Source: a virus
Lineage: Duplodnaviria; Caudoviricetes
IMG/VR virus record: IMGVR_UViG_3300028899_000089
Location: 1 to 42,461 of that record
Reading direction: 5' to 3' (one strand)
DNA: 42,461 nt
Numbering within the stretch: position 1 is the stretch's first letter; each line of letters begins with the position of its first letter. Position numbers and translations under genes: made by a program. The notes under the pieces were generated by a model, which worked only from the letters and a program-made list of their open reading frames with translations, did no database searches and was not told where the DNA came from. Below, in pieces: positions 10,501 to 17,079 of the stretch.

Positions 10501-12413
10501 GCTCTAGCCTTTATATTGGCGTCTGTAAATGTTTTACCATTCTTAACCCATCTACCACCTTGTAAGGTGTTCATGAACTTGTTAAAACCAGTTATAGTTT
10601 GAACGGGTTTCAAAAGCTTGTTTACAGCATAAAACTCTGCTAATATTCTTCCAGAACCAAACAAACCCTCATTAACCATCTCCCCAACACCTCTTTCTAA
10701 ATACTCATCATCATCCGGCGTCATCTCGTAACCTAGTTGATTATATTTTTCACCAACTTTATCTAATATAACTCTATCTGTTTGGCCACCCATAAGCATG
10801 TCCGTGTAGTATTCACCTACAAACGGTTGTACAAACGAAGCAACAGATGTTTGTCCGTGGGATTTTTCAAAATCTTGTAATCCTTCGTTCAAAAAGTACA
10901 TTCTCTTCAAAGCCTCGTGATCAGAGTTGTAATCTACAACGTCACTTTTTAATCTCTGCGTTTCTTCTGTTAGTTGATCTGTTGTTTTTAAAGTTTTACC
11001 GTTCTCATCTATCATCACAGCGTTACGGTATTCTGTTGAGCTAAGCAACTCTTTCAGGGTCATTTGTTTTTTAACCCTATTACCTGTTTTATCTATCTTA
11101 TTACCGTAACCTAGAGTTTTAAAGCTTTCTTTAGTTGACCTTAGTAGCTCTTTGTTTTTCTCTTCTTTCGTGCCGCTCGTAGCTATGTCTAAACTAGTTT
11201 CGTCAACCATAAACCAATGCTTCTTGTTTAGATCGTTATTTAAACCACCTAAAGCTAAAGAGCTTCTTTGGTATTCTTCTTTTAGAAAAGAATAATCGGT
11301 CATTTTTAAATAGTCCTCTACGGATATATTTCTTTTCCTGGCTTCTTCTTTTATAAACTGCTCGTATTCTTTTTGTTTTTCACCAACATTTAACGTAACG
11401 TTACCTTTGTCTAAAAGCTTGTCGCGATGCTTATCGTCTGAGGCTACCCTTAACATACCTGTGTTAGGATTTAATAGCATGTGCTGCTTGTTTTCTAGCT
11501 TTCTTAAATCATTAACTTGTTTTATTTTTCTCAACCTATCAACATCACTAAGATTACCACTTTTTATATCTTTATATAATTTAGCTATCTTGCTGTCGTT
11601 GCCAGTAAACTCACCAATAACAGTGTTAGAGTCTTCGTTCCAATAATCTTCTAAAGAAATACCGTCTTCCTGTAGTGCTGCTTTTTTTGCGGTACCTCTA
11701 CCGTTGTTAACGTTTGTTTGTTCTTCATGTAGTTTAGCATTAAACTTTTCTGTAATTAAAGCGTTCATATCGCTATTAGTAAGTCTGCTATACATAGGCT
11801 GACCAGTAGTAGGATCTACTTCCCTATCGTCAATCCAACCCATACCACCAAATTTTTCTTTAACAATATCTTGTAGATACTCAGCGGAGTTTAAACCCCC
11901 ACCGCCTTCTATATCTCTGTTCTGTAGTGTTTGCTCGTCTCCCAATATTTGTTGAAATAATGTAGGATCTTCAAACGCTTTGTCTAATTCGTTTTCAAAA
12001 CCCGCTGATTGTGACCTCCAAACATCATTATCTCTTCTTTTTGATTCTCTAACCTCATGCTCAGCTTTTTCAGCAGCCACCTCAGCTGCGGCTTGGTATG
12101 TGCTCTTAAAAGGGTTCATTTTTTTTAACCCCATGCTAACACCTTGACCAAGCCAAGAATGTTTTAGTTTATCACCCCAACCAGAATCATATAAATTAGT
12201 TTCTGGTGATTCCGAAGAACCACCCTCCAATGCTGACCCCATGTCGAATGGCTCTCCGTCCGGTGTCGCATCCGCAGAGCCGTTTGCCTTTCCCTCCAAT
12301 TGAAGGTCAGGTGTTTCACTTAAGTAGTCTTCTACAGATATGTTTCTTTTTTTAGCGGCTTCTTCTATCTCTTCTTGAGTGTAAGAAAAACCGTTGCCGT
12401 GTATATAATTCAT
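1506..12413 (-). CDS. Giant polyvalent virion cargo/ejection protein (HExxH zincin, sigma-r2-like segment, HAD phosphatase with nested P-loop kinase, WC module, helical C-terminal domain)
   Basis: 3635-aa ORF in the position where podoviruses encode internal virion proteins. Motifs: HEMSH (~9438-9452), YDPAKG (~8490), WDFDDTL (~6093-6113), GGAGSGK (~5988-6008), ILTAR (~5270), FADD (~5105), PWCIT (~4470). Confidence 0.75.
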   Translation of the reverse strand: MNYIHGNGFSYTQEEIEEAAKKRNISVEDYLSETPDLQLEGKANGSADATPDGEPFDMGSALEGGSSESPETNLYDSGWGDKLKHSWLGQGVSMGLKKMNPFKSTYQAAAEVAAEKAEHEVRESKRRDNDVWRSQSAGFENELDKAFEDPTLFQQILGDEQTLQNRDIEGGGGLNSAEYLQDIVKEKFGGMGWIDDREVDPTTGQPMYSRLTNSDMNALITEKFNAKLHEEQTNVNNGRGTAKKAALQEDGISLEDYWNEDSNTVIGEFTGNDSKIAKLYKDIKSGNLSDVDRLRKIKQVNDLRKLENKQHMLLNPNTGMLRVASDDKHRDKLLDKGNVTLNVGEKQKEYEQFIKEEARKRNISVEDYLKMTDYSFLKEEYQRSSLALGGLNNDLNKKHWFMVDETSLDIATSGTKEEKNKELLRSTKESFKTLGYGNKIDKTGNRVKKQMTLKELLSSTEYRNAVMIDENGKTLKTTDQLTEETQRLKSDVVDYNSDHEALKRMYFLNEGLQDFEKSHGQTSVASFVQPFVGEYYTDMLMGGQTDRVILDKVGEKYNQLGYEMTPDDDEYLERGVGEMVNEGLFGSGRILAEFYAVNKLLKPVQTITGFNKFMNTLQGGRWVKNGKTFTDANIKARAAKRGMTTDKYVKSLGSRVSGFDKAGGLRGMRFTTNSVRDRGVATLITGGLEAGKFGAIEAFDEGHVTVKGLATGFGFGVGGRILAPLAPYMQKKGLLKDFDKLGANVNTRKLFETFITQPASFVAGSEFGETMAAVTQDALGNKEFGDFMEEHYGDFGEIGKRLITNQFIGIGFGMSHFKGFADYKSKAGLQNTWRKAQKNMKKLAKDKAGVTDREIGDSKDGFWDQKVQNKIHEKLSDKDLKEYYKNWEVSDNMKQRWVNAQRAEGYMDPSRANEMVKREHAQEIRDAKKQGIDIEIEVVNNNRLKFGQEAMINEQGNAFRADVITKDGGKKKVYRYNAELYTPDIKAHEMSHDYFEREFGSNAVFKGEFLNTLYSVASKIELERTISEKEAIELGGTNLSKMIGKPMTLAQAIKLKKFDLKDSVNNQRIKEWELFSHIAENIGNKSNYSKVKGSHGYLGLRNLISEYGKKGGQKYDLSQEKDVVRWFRDYSKNVKKGVNQTKMFKELGSVIDADAPLIEKADLAAQGKTGKRKYSSEILELEGGGKVNNPEKLKNETQEYFKSKDIKLGEGKISDYRELMGQKVRPNRVDIDMSSPHTNFEKYPILGNKLGPMFDIALNMYQRTIPERYRVEANNRSYDSERTELANATLTDKRGFQDIFRTYDPAKGTLYSHVTGMLKTRMEEIKNRSVDAKYESRRAEKEGVVISGQDISDIKTDITDIQSGGGISKMAESGKTVAENTGIELRDFEFNYGGGVKKKINPRSVERMEQASEDVFFETPLEDLTFVNVANKMRGKSMPEMDLLFRGGKTDLKKPAEIKKAEDGFVDNNGSINYEAMKDFSSPKFYENTNWGKTIFSKYYKNTGKKFKSTELPVEVTKETNARTTKWEKLPATEARVQEFVKDLNTGRDAGTINNKRNTLKEGIGDPFALQIFRERILSPEFEAKVAGKPEAKAKLEGLKAELALRKLRGATPERLRSDADISMFSDLIRDVKRIDYAKEQFPGFGVRALVERNKNYSDLLKRNGGAESFFNSMGYELKGVDLKTFTEYFEAQRFLETNPEMRPFVPELGYKNYSDKNFIQTIESFLPKAIRGESKMAEKKWYENPKAVAEFDAFVKELYNGLPSEMINHPVMRKAIGINMGKQKLNGEYRGKDWANQWYSENKGTGKSPKYIKHVKATSNGPFKKKVNKLLDLPKFNKVKNSDKLKSELANETKKYLAKKGSTYEQTTDANTKLHAKVYESLFDYYAKSNNKALALNNIRRLLQMQTNIEGGFAKGLATHDAISLNKGVKHSEHDFQLFNMNANFMINMLKNSGNKATFLKNQKSLSKIFKQSIIDKSVQKKYDGKEYGGATSFDFKFTTESGKYPWMRELISAETTLDLKTGKTYDRLLTDVITGGRAVKVLEKRMEALNKANNKVFEKSGLRSEDLTNGEKMRAAIAIDKAVANGRVKKKKTRGMSTWDFDDTLATTKSGVRARIPNSDGMPKPNRKVVFLAGGAGSGKGNVIKKLNLEKQGFKIVNSDISLEWLKKNNGLPENMNDFTKEQKSTLGSLQHQARGIAKRKMMKYQGEADGVVVDGTGGSIKSMESLVKEFKDKGYDVSMLFVETSLPTALARNTARTERSLLDKIVEKNHEAVQGNKKGFAKMFGERFMEVKTDNLKQADAMPKDLIDKMNDFVSGYEKVRLDAEQFATEGKDILDRGGEFDFAEFNVVTGGEKGPLFQEALNRAKKFGTKDQFILTARPPEAAIPIREFLKSQGLDIPLKNITGLGNSTGEAKAMWMLKKFAEGYNDMYFADDALQNVEAVKNALSQVDVRSKVVQAKVQKKKALESVRDVNKLDSPDTYENALRSSDLRLEFENTIGKHRPDLTRENLVSKTVDEMFKFVDNLDVPVNKRKKYKRIMTKWLATSNVKLPEDGYKVKQAVEIAEKHKEDIFSYRNPNEIIEKYAGKTKANPTNPKNVKQFRFSGSNKEKGITTYEVENTKEGQKAVRKVIDTHWGENSNPWCITQKKNGKLTDDAFHNWTVYDKSAKRIIFHNGKLSSFYADNQYWDRMDSPTDAPVVQIKEGNVTRKVELVPYNEGGVTKIEEFVRETRTVSKDKKTVTTEILAQSEHGYEVGTEIVENRVNGVTVKSTRSLPGFISGKMRVLEIINFDKKGKATNNITFDSNGTTTAVNRYGQPFGDMSIRDIVQKKGDLLSHEMNDGGFDYYHGQVSLEAQGLKSAEWAYKGKGDPITDIGWKVKEGTFDLKNAIKTIDGKVRADLNKILEVDPDAKGIPSEKGYTPAVKMRSEELGGMKNTKPVKEILDQLDIKSYVQQALRSEDLNVSINKVMEHSLDIESKKVFSKAEAKVRGKDIKRRRILMTDSAADLELLIEPLYGKGKEGIKNKKWLKESFVMPFERGIRDYNTARQNAKNDYMNLRKQNKDVVKEISKAVEGTTFTNDMAMRVYLWNKAGYKIPDLAKTTEAKLVQHIINNPKLQAYAEQFARITKQEKGLKEPGQDWWAETMAGEVTNINRGVSRKQYLQEWIDVKNEIFTTENLNKMESKLGTNWRENIEDMFDRMETGRTRSLKMDRGSGMMMNYLNGGIGTIMNFNTRSAVLQTISTTNFLNMRENNPIAAAKAMGNVKQFAKDFKFIMNSDMLKQRRDGLAINVTEAEIASAAASSQNPIQSIIAKVLKAGYLPTKMADSFAISLGGATFYRNRIKMYEKQGVKTKEAEKQAWLDFQWIAERTQQSSRADLLSRQQTSLIGRFILPFANTPMQMNRAGMKDILDISKGRFKGGRELSEKVGRISYYMGVQVAIFAGLQSALFAMLLNDDDVSDEKLANTKAYALQTVADSMLRGFGVQGAVISSFKNAMLEYFKQSSKPGFNADYSEVAEDLLNISPPIGSKFGMLDAAGDKKKWAKIKKNDEFKFELGNPSLEASLMTIQATTNAPVYSPYQNIINLQHAMSDQYEAWQRILMAAGWTPYNVGIEREDEKKKKTGPTVYPVIRH

Positions 12414-12416
12414 TTA

Positions 12417-13700
12417 TTATAAAATTGGTTTTATTAAATTAGAAAATAGTGGATCGTTTATAAAACCGTAACCCCTCCCTCTATCCAGCGTGCTTATTAA
12501 ATCGTTTTTAGACAGTTCGTTTCCATTTCCATCCAAATAACCACCATTTCCATCCGGTGTATAAACAGCTCCTTCAAAGATTACTTTTTGATCGCTTTTA
12601 ATATCATTGGCTATTTTTTTAGCCACATCTCTATTTAACCACTTGTATTCATCATATTGAAATTTGTCTTTATTACCACCATTGTTGTTTTTGCTAGCTG
12701 AAACTTTCTTTTGATAAGCCTTTAATCTCATGTTATATTCTTTCTCAGCCATAGACATTAGCTTTGTCTTTGTGTACGTGCGCATCTGATCTTCGTTAAA
12801 ACCAGAGTTTTGAATAGTACCTGTTATTGCTTCGTCTGATGAAGCGATCTCATCGTTCCACATGTTCTGCCAATCTTGATTTGAACCCTTGTGCTCGGCA
12901 TCCCATATGTTCTTGATGCTTTGTTGTTCTCCAAAGATATTATCGTGGAAGGAAGAATACATTACATCTGTATTTGCTAGTTGCTTGTCTAAAAGTCTTT
13001 CTACTTGACCAGCATCAAACTCATGAACACCCGTGTTACCAGCTTCTTTAACCATGCCTTTTATTAACTTGTCATACCCGCCACCAAAATCATCAGCTCT
13101 CCTTACGTTACCCTTATCTAAGTCATCAAAAGACAATAAACTTACCGCACCACTATTGTTTTTTATTTGAAAAAATGGCTTTAAGTAATTAGGTTTCTCT
13201 GGATCTGTTTCCATATAAACAGCATAGTCCTCTTCTCCACCTGCTAACAACTTATTTAACGTAGCTGTTCCAGCACCCTCTGAGTAGTCTCCATTTGCCA
13301 ACGCTGCTGAATGGTCTTTTAATATTGCTTGACCTCTTTTAAATTCTGAGGCAACTGTCTGGGCGTCCATAGCCACTCTGTTCATAGCTTTTTTATCATT
13401 ACCTTGAACCGCAAAATCCATCTGATCAGCAAAGCTTTGCATAGTAGAATGCATTAGATCTTTTCCTTGTTGGTTGTAACCATCCGAAGCTGTTATAAAC
13501 ATTTCGTCTATATTATCCTGCATAGCCTCACCCTTTTTTTGAGCTCTTTCTTTGTCTTTTTTCTTTTCAAAAGTCCATTCTTGAGCCGCTTGTGTCGCTA
13601 ACTGGGTAAAGACGTAGAATGGATCAGATTGTAAATTATCCATTTCTTGCGCTTGAAAATATTGACTGTAAGCGTTTGCTATCCCTTGATCTCCTGCCAT
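12417..13700 (-). CDS. Putative internal virion/ejection protein
   Basis: 427 aa, helical and Gln/Asp/Lys-rich, lying between the S74 protein and the giant cargo protein; function inferred from position only. Confidence 0.5.
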   Translation of the reverse strand: MAGDQGIANAYSQYFQAQEMDNLQSDPFYVFTQLATQAAQEWTFEKKKDKERAQKKGEAMQDNIDEMFITASDGYNQQGKDLMHSTMQSFADQMDFAVQGNDKKAMNRVAMDAQTVASEFKRGQAILKDHSAALANGDYSEGAGTATLNKLLAGGEEDYAVYMETDPEKPNYLKPFFQIKNNSGAVSLLSFDDLDKGNVRRADDFGGGYDKLIKGMVKEAGNTGVHEFDAGQVERLLDKQLANTDVMYSSFHDNIFGEQQSIKNIWDAEHKGSNQDWQNMWNDEIASSDEAITGTIQNSGFNEDQMRTYTKTKLMSMAEKEYNMRLKAYQKKVSASKNNNGGNKDKFQYDEYKWLNRDVAKKIANDIKSDQKVIFEGAVYTPDGNGGYLDGNGNELSKNDLISTLDRGRGYGFINDPLFSNLIKPIL

Positions 13701-13701
13701 A

Positions 13702-15360
13702 TTAATTTATTTTTTTAAAGTCAACGTCGATTTTACTATAATCAACCATGTCATAATCTCTTCTATGTACTACCGCGTTCTCTGGGACTTCGTCAGCCAT
13801 AACACCCGTATAGGTGTTATTATCCCACTTAAATCCTTCCTTGTATTTAAATGTGTAGATGTTTAATCCACTTGGCGATTTGCCAACTAACTTTATACTA
13901 CGCTTGAGCCTTCTATCACTAGCCGCCGCGGCTATTGGAATTACCGCCCCTATCACACTCCCCAGCCCGCTGTTTTTTCCAGCTTTCTTTGTTGCGCTAG
14001 CGGATTTTGAAGCCGCACTAGCACCTAAGGATCCTTGTAATAACGTGGATATTCTGTCTAATTCTAATTGTTGAGTGTACATATCACCTTGAGCTTGTAG
14101 TTGTTGGATATCAAAATCTTGAGCTCTATAAGATTGATCTAAAGCTAATTCAGTTCCAAGGTATTGGTTTTGATTTCTTTCTTCCCAACCGGTTTCTCTT
14201 TCCCAGTTTCTTTCAGTGGCACTTCTTTGTAAAGAGTCTATCTGACCGGCATAACCCCTCTGTTGTCTATCGATATCCATAGCTCCTTGAGCCGTAAGCA
14301 AGTCTAACCTAGATTCCTCACCTCTAATCAACCTATCCATATCACCAGCCTCACCTCTTTCTAATTGGTCTAATCTAGCTGACTCCTGAGCGCTTAAAGT
14401 TCCTAATCTAGATTTTTCTTGTAATTCCTGTTGTTGCATTCTAGCTTCTTCTTGAAGCCTCATAGTGTCCATTCTTTCCGCACCTCCTCTTTGTGCCCTG
14501 TCAATATCCCCAGCTTCTTGTCTCTTCAGCTGTTCTAATCTACCTTCTTCACCGGCTTTCATTTGATCAAGTCTCGCGTCTTCACCAGCCCTCATCATGT
14601 CTAGTTTAGAAGACTCACCTCTTTGGAGTTGATCTATTCTCGTTTGCTCTTGCAATCTCATTTTTTCGTTGTCAACCTCTTGTCTAGCTATATCAGCTGA
14701 ACCAGCTCTAGCATCTTGAGAGGCTTGGTTTGCTAAAGTTTGAGCTAAACCAGATATACCACTACCACCGGCAGCGCCAGATAAAGCACCCATTATATCA
14801 GCTCTACTTTGAGCTTGTTTTTCAGCGGCAAAATCAGCGGCTTCAGTAGATATACCAGCTTCCTCCATAGCGTTCTCCATACCTGTGTATTGGTTTTTCA
14901 AACTATTGTATTGGTTGTCTAGTCCTGCAAACTCATTTTCCATTCCTGCGAACTGAGACTTCATGCCAGCCCATTGGTTTTGTGCTCCATCAAAAACATT
15001 TGACTGTCCTTCAAAGACATTCTCCATATCAGCGAATTGATTAGTCATTCCACTGTACACATTACCCATCCCCTCGAAAGCATTACCCAGGTTAGCATAT
15101 TCGTTGGTCATACCAGCGTATACGTTACCCATGTTCTCGTAAGCATTACCTTGATTAGCAAAAGGGTTTACAGCATCACCGTACGGGTTGTGAACATCCT
15201 GCATAGTATTAGTGACATTTTCATATGGGTTTGATCCCATATCAAAGTTCATATACATATCCTCATACTTCTTTATAGAACCAGCGCCTAAACTACTACC
15301 GCCGCCCGAAGACTTCTTTTTTCCCTTTGTAAAAGGTGATGGTTTTTGAATTTTATTCAT
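13702..15360 (-). CDS. Putative DNA-ejection/pilot protein with heptad and hendecad repeats and a C-terminal Peptidase S74 (intramolecular chaperone) domain
   Basis: SDRRLK...GLNIYTFKY...GVMADEV...VDYSKI is the S74 autocleavage signature; internal 7- and 11-residue repeats; Gly/Ala-rich hydrophobic segments. Confidence 0.75.
   Translation of the reverse strand: MNKIQKPSPFTKGKKKSSGGGSSLGAGSIKKYEDMYMNFDMGSNPYENVTNTMQDVHNPYGDAVNPFANQGNAYENMGNVYAGMTNEYANLGNAFEGMGNVYSGMTNQFADMENVFEGQSNVFDGAQNQWAGMKSQFAGMENEFAGLDNQYNSLKNQYTGMENAMEEAGISTEAADFAAEKQAQSRADIMGALSGAAGGSGISGLAQTLANQASQDARAGSADIARQEVDNEKMRLQEQTRIDQLQRGESSKLDMMRAGEDARLDQMKAGEEGRLEQLKRQEAGDIDRAQRGGAERMDTMRLQEEARMQQQELQEKSRLGTLSAQESARLDQLERGEAGDMDRLIRGEESRLDLLTAQGAMDIDRQQRGYAGQIDSLQRSATERNWERETGWEERNQNQYLGTELALDQSYRAQDFDIQQLQAQGDMYTQQLELDRISTLLQGSLGASAASKSASATKKAGKNSGLGSVIGAVIPIAAAASDRRLKRSIKLVGKSPSGLNIYTFKYKEGFKWDNNTYTGVMADEVPENAVVHRRDYDMVDYSKIDVDFKKIN
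14200..14661 (-). repeat. About 14 tandem 11-aa (33-nt) degenerate hendecad repeats
   Basis: MRLQEQTRIDQ LQRGESSKLDM MRAGEDARLDQ MKAGEEGRLEQ LKRQEAGDIDR ... LERGEAGDMDR LIRGEESRLDL. Confidence 0.85.
14854..15231 (-). repeat. About 18 tandem 7-aa (21-nt) degenerate repeats, N-x-[YF]-x-x-[ML]-x
   Basis: NPYENVT NTMQDVH NPYGDAV NPFANQG NAYENMG NVYAGMT NEYANLG NAFEGMG NVYSGMT NQFADME ... NQYTGME NAMEEAG. Confidence 0.9.
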
Positions 15361-15805
15361 TTTCTTCTTGTTTAATCATTTCTTCGTGAATCTTGTGATG
15401 CGTATAAATTACACTATATTTTTCGTCTAAAACCTCATACCCTAACTTATCACATCTTCTTACAATACCACTATATGTTGTCATTGCCCAGGTTATTCTA
15501 CAGCCCTGTCTTATAGCTTCTTCAGAGCAAGCCTCTATCAACCAGGTAATCATCTCAAATCTATCTTTACCCTTATAGTTTGGGTCAGAGACTAGGTAAT
15601 CAACATAACCTACAGTTGAGTTTGTTAAATATAAAAAACCAGCAGCCATTGGTCTACCTTCTTTTTCCACTATAAAACCACCTAAACCACCCTCCGGCAA
15701 CATGTGTGATTCTGGTGTTACGATGTGATCATATGACTCCCACCATTTTACTAGCGTGGAATAATCCTCTAACTGTAGCGGTCGAATATTATACTCCTCC
15801 ATCAT
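15353..15805 (-). CDS. GNAT-fold (acetyltransferase-like) protein, paralog 2
   Basis: IRPLQLEDY...GFIVEKEGRPMAAGFLYLTNS...YLVSDPNYKGK...KLGY matches the GNAT strand/helix pattern; position resembles T7 gp13 / P22 gp14. Confidence 0.7.
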   Translation of the reverse strand: MMEEYNIRPLQLEDYSTLVKWWESYDHIVTPESHMLPEGGLGGFIVEKEGRPMAAGFLYLTNSTVGYVDYLVSDPNYKGKDRFEMITWLIEACSEEAIRQGCRITWAMTTYSGIVRRCDKLGYEVLDEKYSVIYTHHKIHEEMIKQEENE

Positions 15806-16247
15806 CTTCCTTTTTAGTCACTTCCTCATAAATTTTACCATGAGTATACATTACATGATACTTATCTTCCAAAACCGTGTGCCCCATTTTTTCAGCCATA
15901 TCCGCAAGATGATCGTACGATGTCATTCCCCAAACTATTCTACACCCTTGTTGTAACAACACTTTAGTGCAAGCTTCTTGTAGTTTCATAATCATCATAT
16001 ACTTATCTTTGTTTTCATATTTTGGGTTTGATATTAAAAAATCTAAATAACCCATTTTTGAATTTGTTAAGTACATAAAGTTAGCTGCTATTACTTCTCC
16101 ATTTTTCTCAACCACAAGTCCACCTAACCCACCATTTGGTAGTAGATCAGAAGTCGGTACCTTTGTGTGGTCGTATGATTCCCACCAACTTGTAAAAAGT
16201 GTGAAATCTTCAGCCTTGATAGGCCGAACGTCATATTTGTCTTCCAT
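15789..16247 (-). CDS. GNAT-fold (acetyltransferase-like) protein, paralog 1
   Basis: VRPIKAEDF...GLVVEKNGEVIAANFMYLTNS...FLISNPKYENK...KMGH; aligns end to end with the adjacent gene. Confidence 0.7.
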   Translation of the reverse strand: MEDKYDVRPIKAEDFTLFTSWWESYDHTKVPTSDLLPNGGLGGLVVEKNGEVIAANFMYLTNSKMGYLDFLISNPKYENKDKYMMIMKLQEACTKVLLQQGCRIVWGMTSYDHLADMAEKMGHTVLEDKYHVMYTHGKIYEEVTKKEDDGGV

Positions 16248-16268
16248 TTTATTTAATTTAATTACCTA

Positions 16269-16277
16269 TATAATCAC
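16269..16277 (-). promoter_or_regulatory. Putative phage promoter element GTGATTATA (copy 2)
   Basis: Intergenic, about 20 nt upstream of the first GNAT ATG; identical to 1478-1486. Confidence 0.4.
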
Positions 16278-16289
16278 ACTTTTTGTGGA

Positions 16290-17078
16290 TTATTTACTAC
16301 TTTGGGTCATTTCGGAGCCAACTGAAAACAGTTTAGCTGAGTCGGTGGAATCGTTACGCATTTCTACCTCTGCAAAATAACCTCTAACTCCAGATATATT
16401 TACTTTGTTTTCTTTACCAAAGAATATAAAATCCCCATCATTTGGCGTTTGAGCCGTGCTATCTACTTCTACATCTACTAAGTATTGGTTAGAGCTAACG
16501 GTAACAACTTCTATTACTGTTAAATTATCTATTGAACCCACAAAAGAATTACCTGACCAAGCTAATCCTCCTATAAGACTAGAAGCATCAACTCCTGCTG
16601 TAATATACTCAGTATATGTTCCGTTAGCTGAATTTGCAGTTCCATCTCCATTCCATATTCTAAAAGCAAATTTACCTGCAGAGTAATTTGAAATAGTATA
16701 AGTAACCTTGTAGATTTTGCCTGTTACAATACTTGTATTTCCTTGATTAAATATCCACAAGTAAGGATTAACTCCTGAAGAATTAAGTTTACCTCCTGCT
16801 ATTGTACTTGTTCCAAATAAATTCCAATCACTATTTGTAGAAAAATCACCATTTCGCGCAAGCTCTTCGCTAAAATAATCTCCAGCCGCGGTCTCTATAT
16901 TTACACACTTACCTAACCTTTCAATATCTCCAACCTGCTTACCGTTTTCTATTCTAGTAAAGTATACTATATCCCAAGCGCCATTATCTACGTTTGAGGT
17001 AGAGGCGTTTACATCAGAAGCCTTTGCTTGTAATGATGTGTTAATGGGTTTTGTTAATGCTAATCTTACTATTGCCAT
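16290..17078 (-). CDS. Tail structural protein with an inserted carbohydrate-binding-like (jelly-roll) module
   Basis: 262 aa. The internal ELARNGDFSTNSDW...GKIYKVTYTIS...GSIDNLTVIEV module resembles those in 40995..42122 and the muzzle protein. Confidence 0.65.
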   Translation of the reverse strand: MAIVRLALTKPINTSLQAKASDVNASTSNVDNGAWDIVYFTRIENGKQVGDIERLGKCVNIETAAGDYFSEELARNGDFSTNSDWNLFGTSTIAGGKLNSSGVNPYLWIFNQGNTSIVTGKIYKVTYTISNYSAGKFAFRIWNGDGTANSANGTYTEYITAGVDASSLIGGLAWSGNSFVGSIDNLTVIEVVTVSSNQYLVDVEVDSTAQTPNDGDFIFFGKENKVNISGVRGYFAEVEMRNDSTDSAKLFSVGSEMTQSSK

Positions 17079-17079
17079 A

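Noticed and set aside
14200-15231. CRISPR array or DNA-level tandem repeat
   Set aside because: The periodicity is at protein level (21 and 33 nt, degenerate codons), with no identical repeats separated by spacers.
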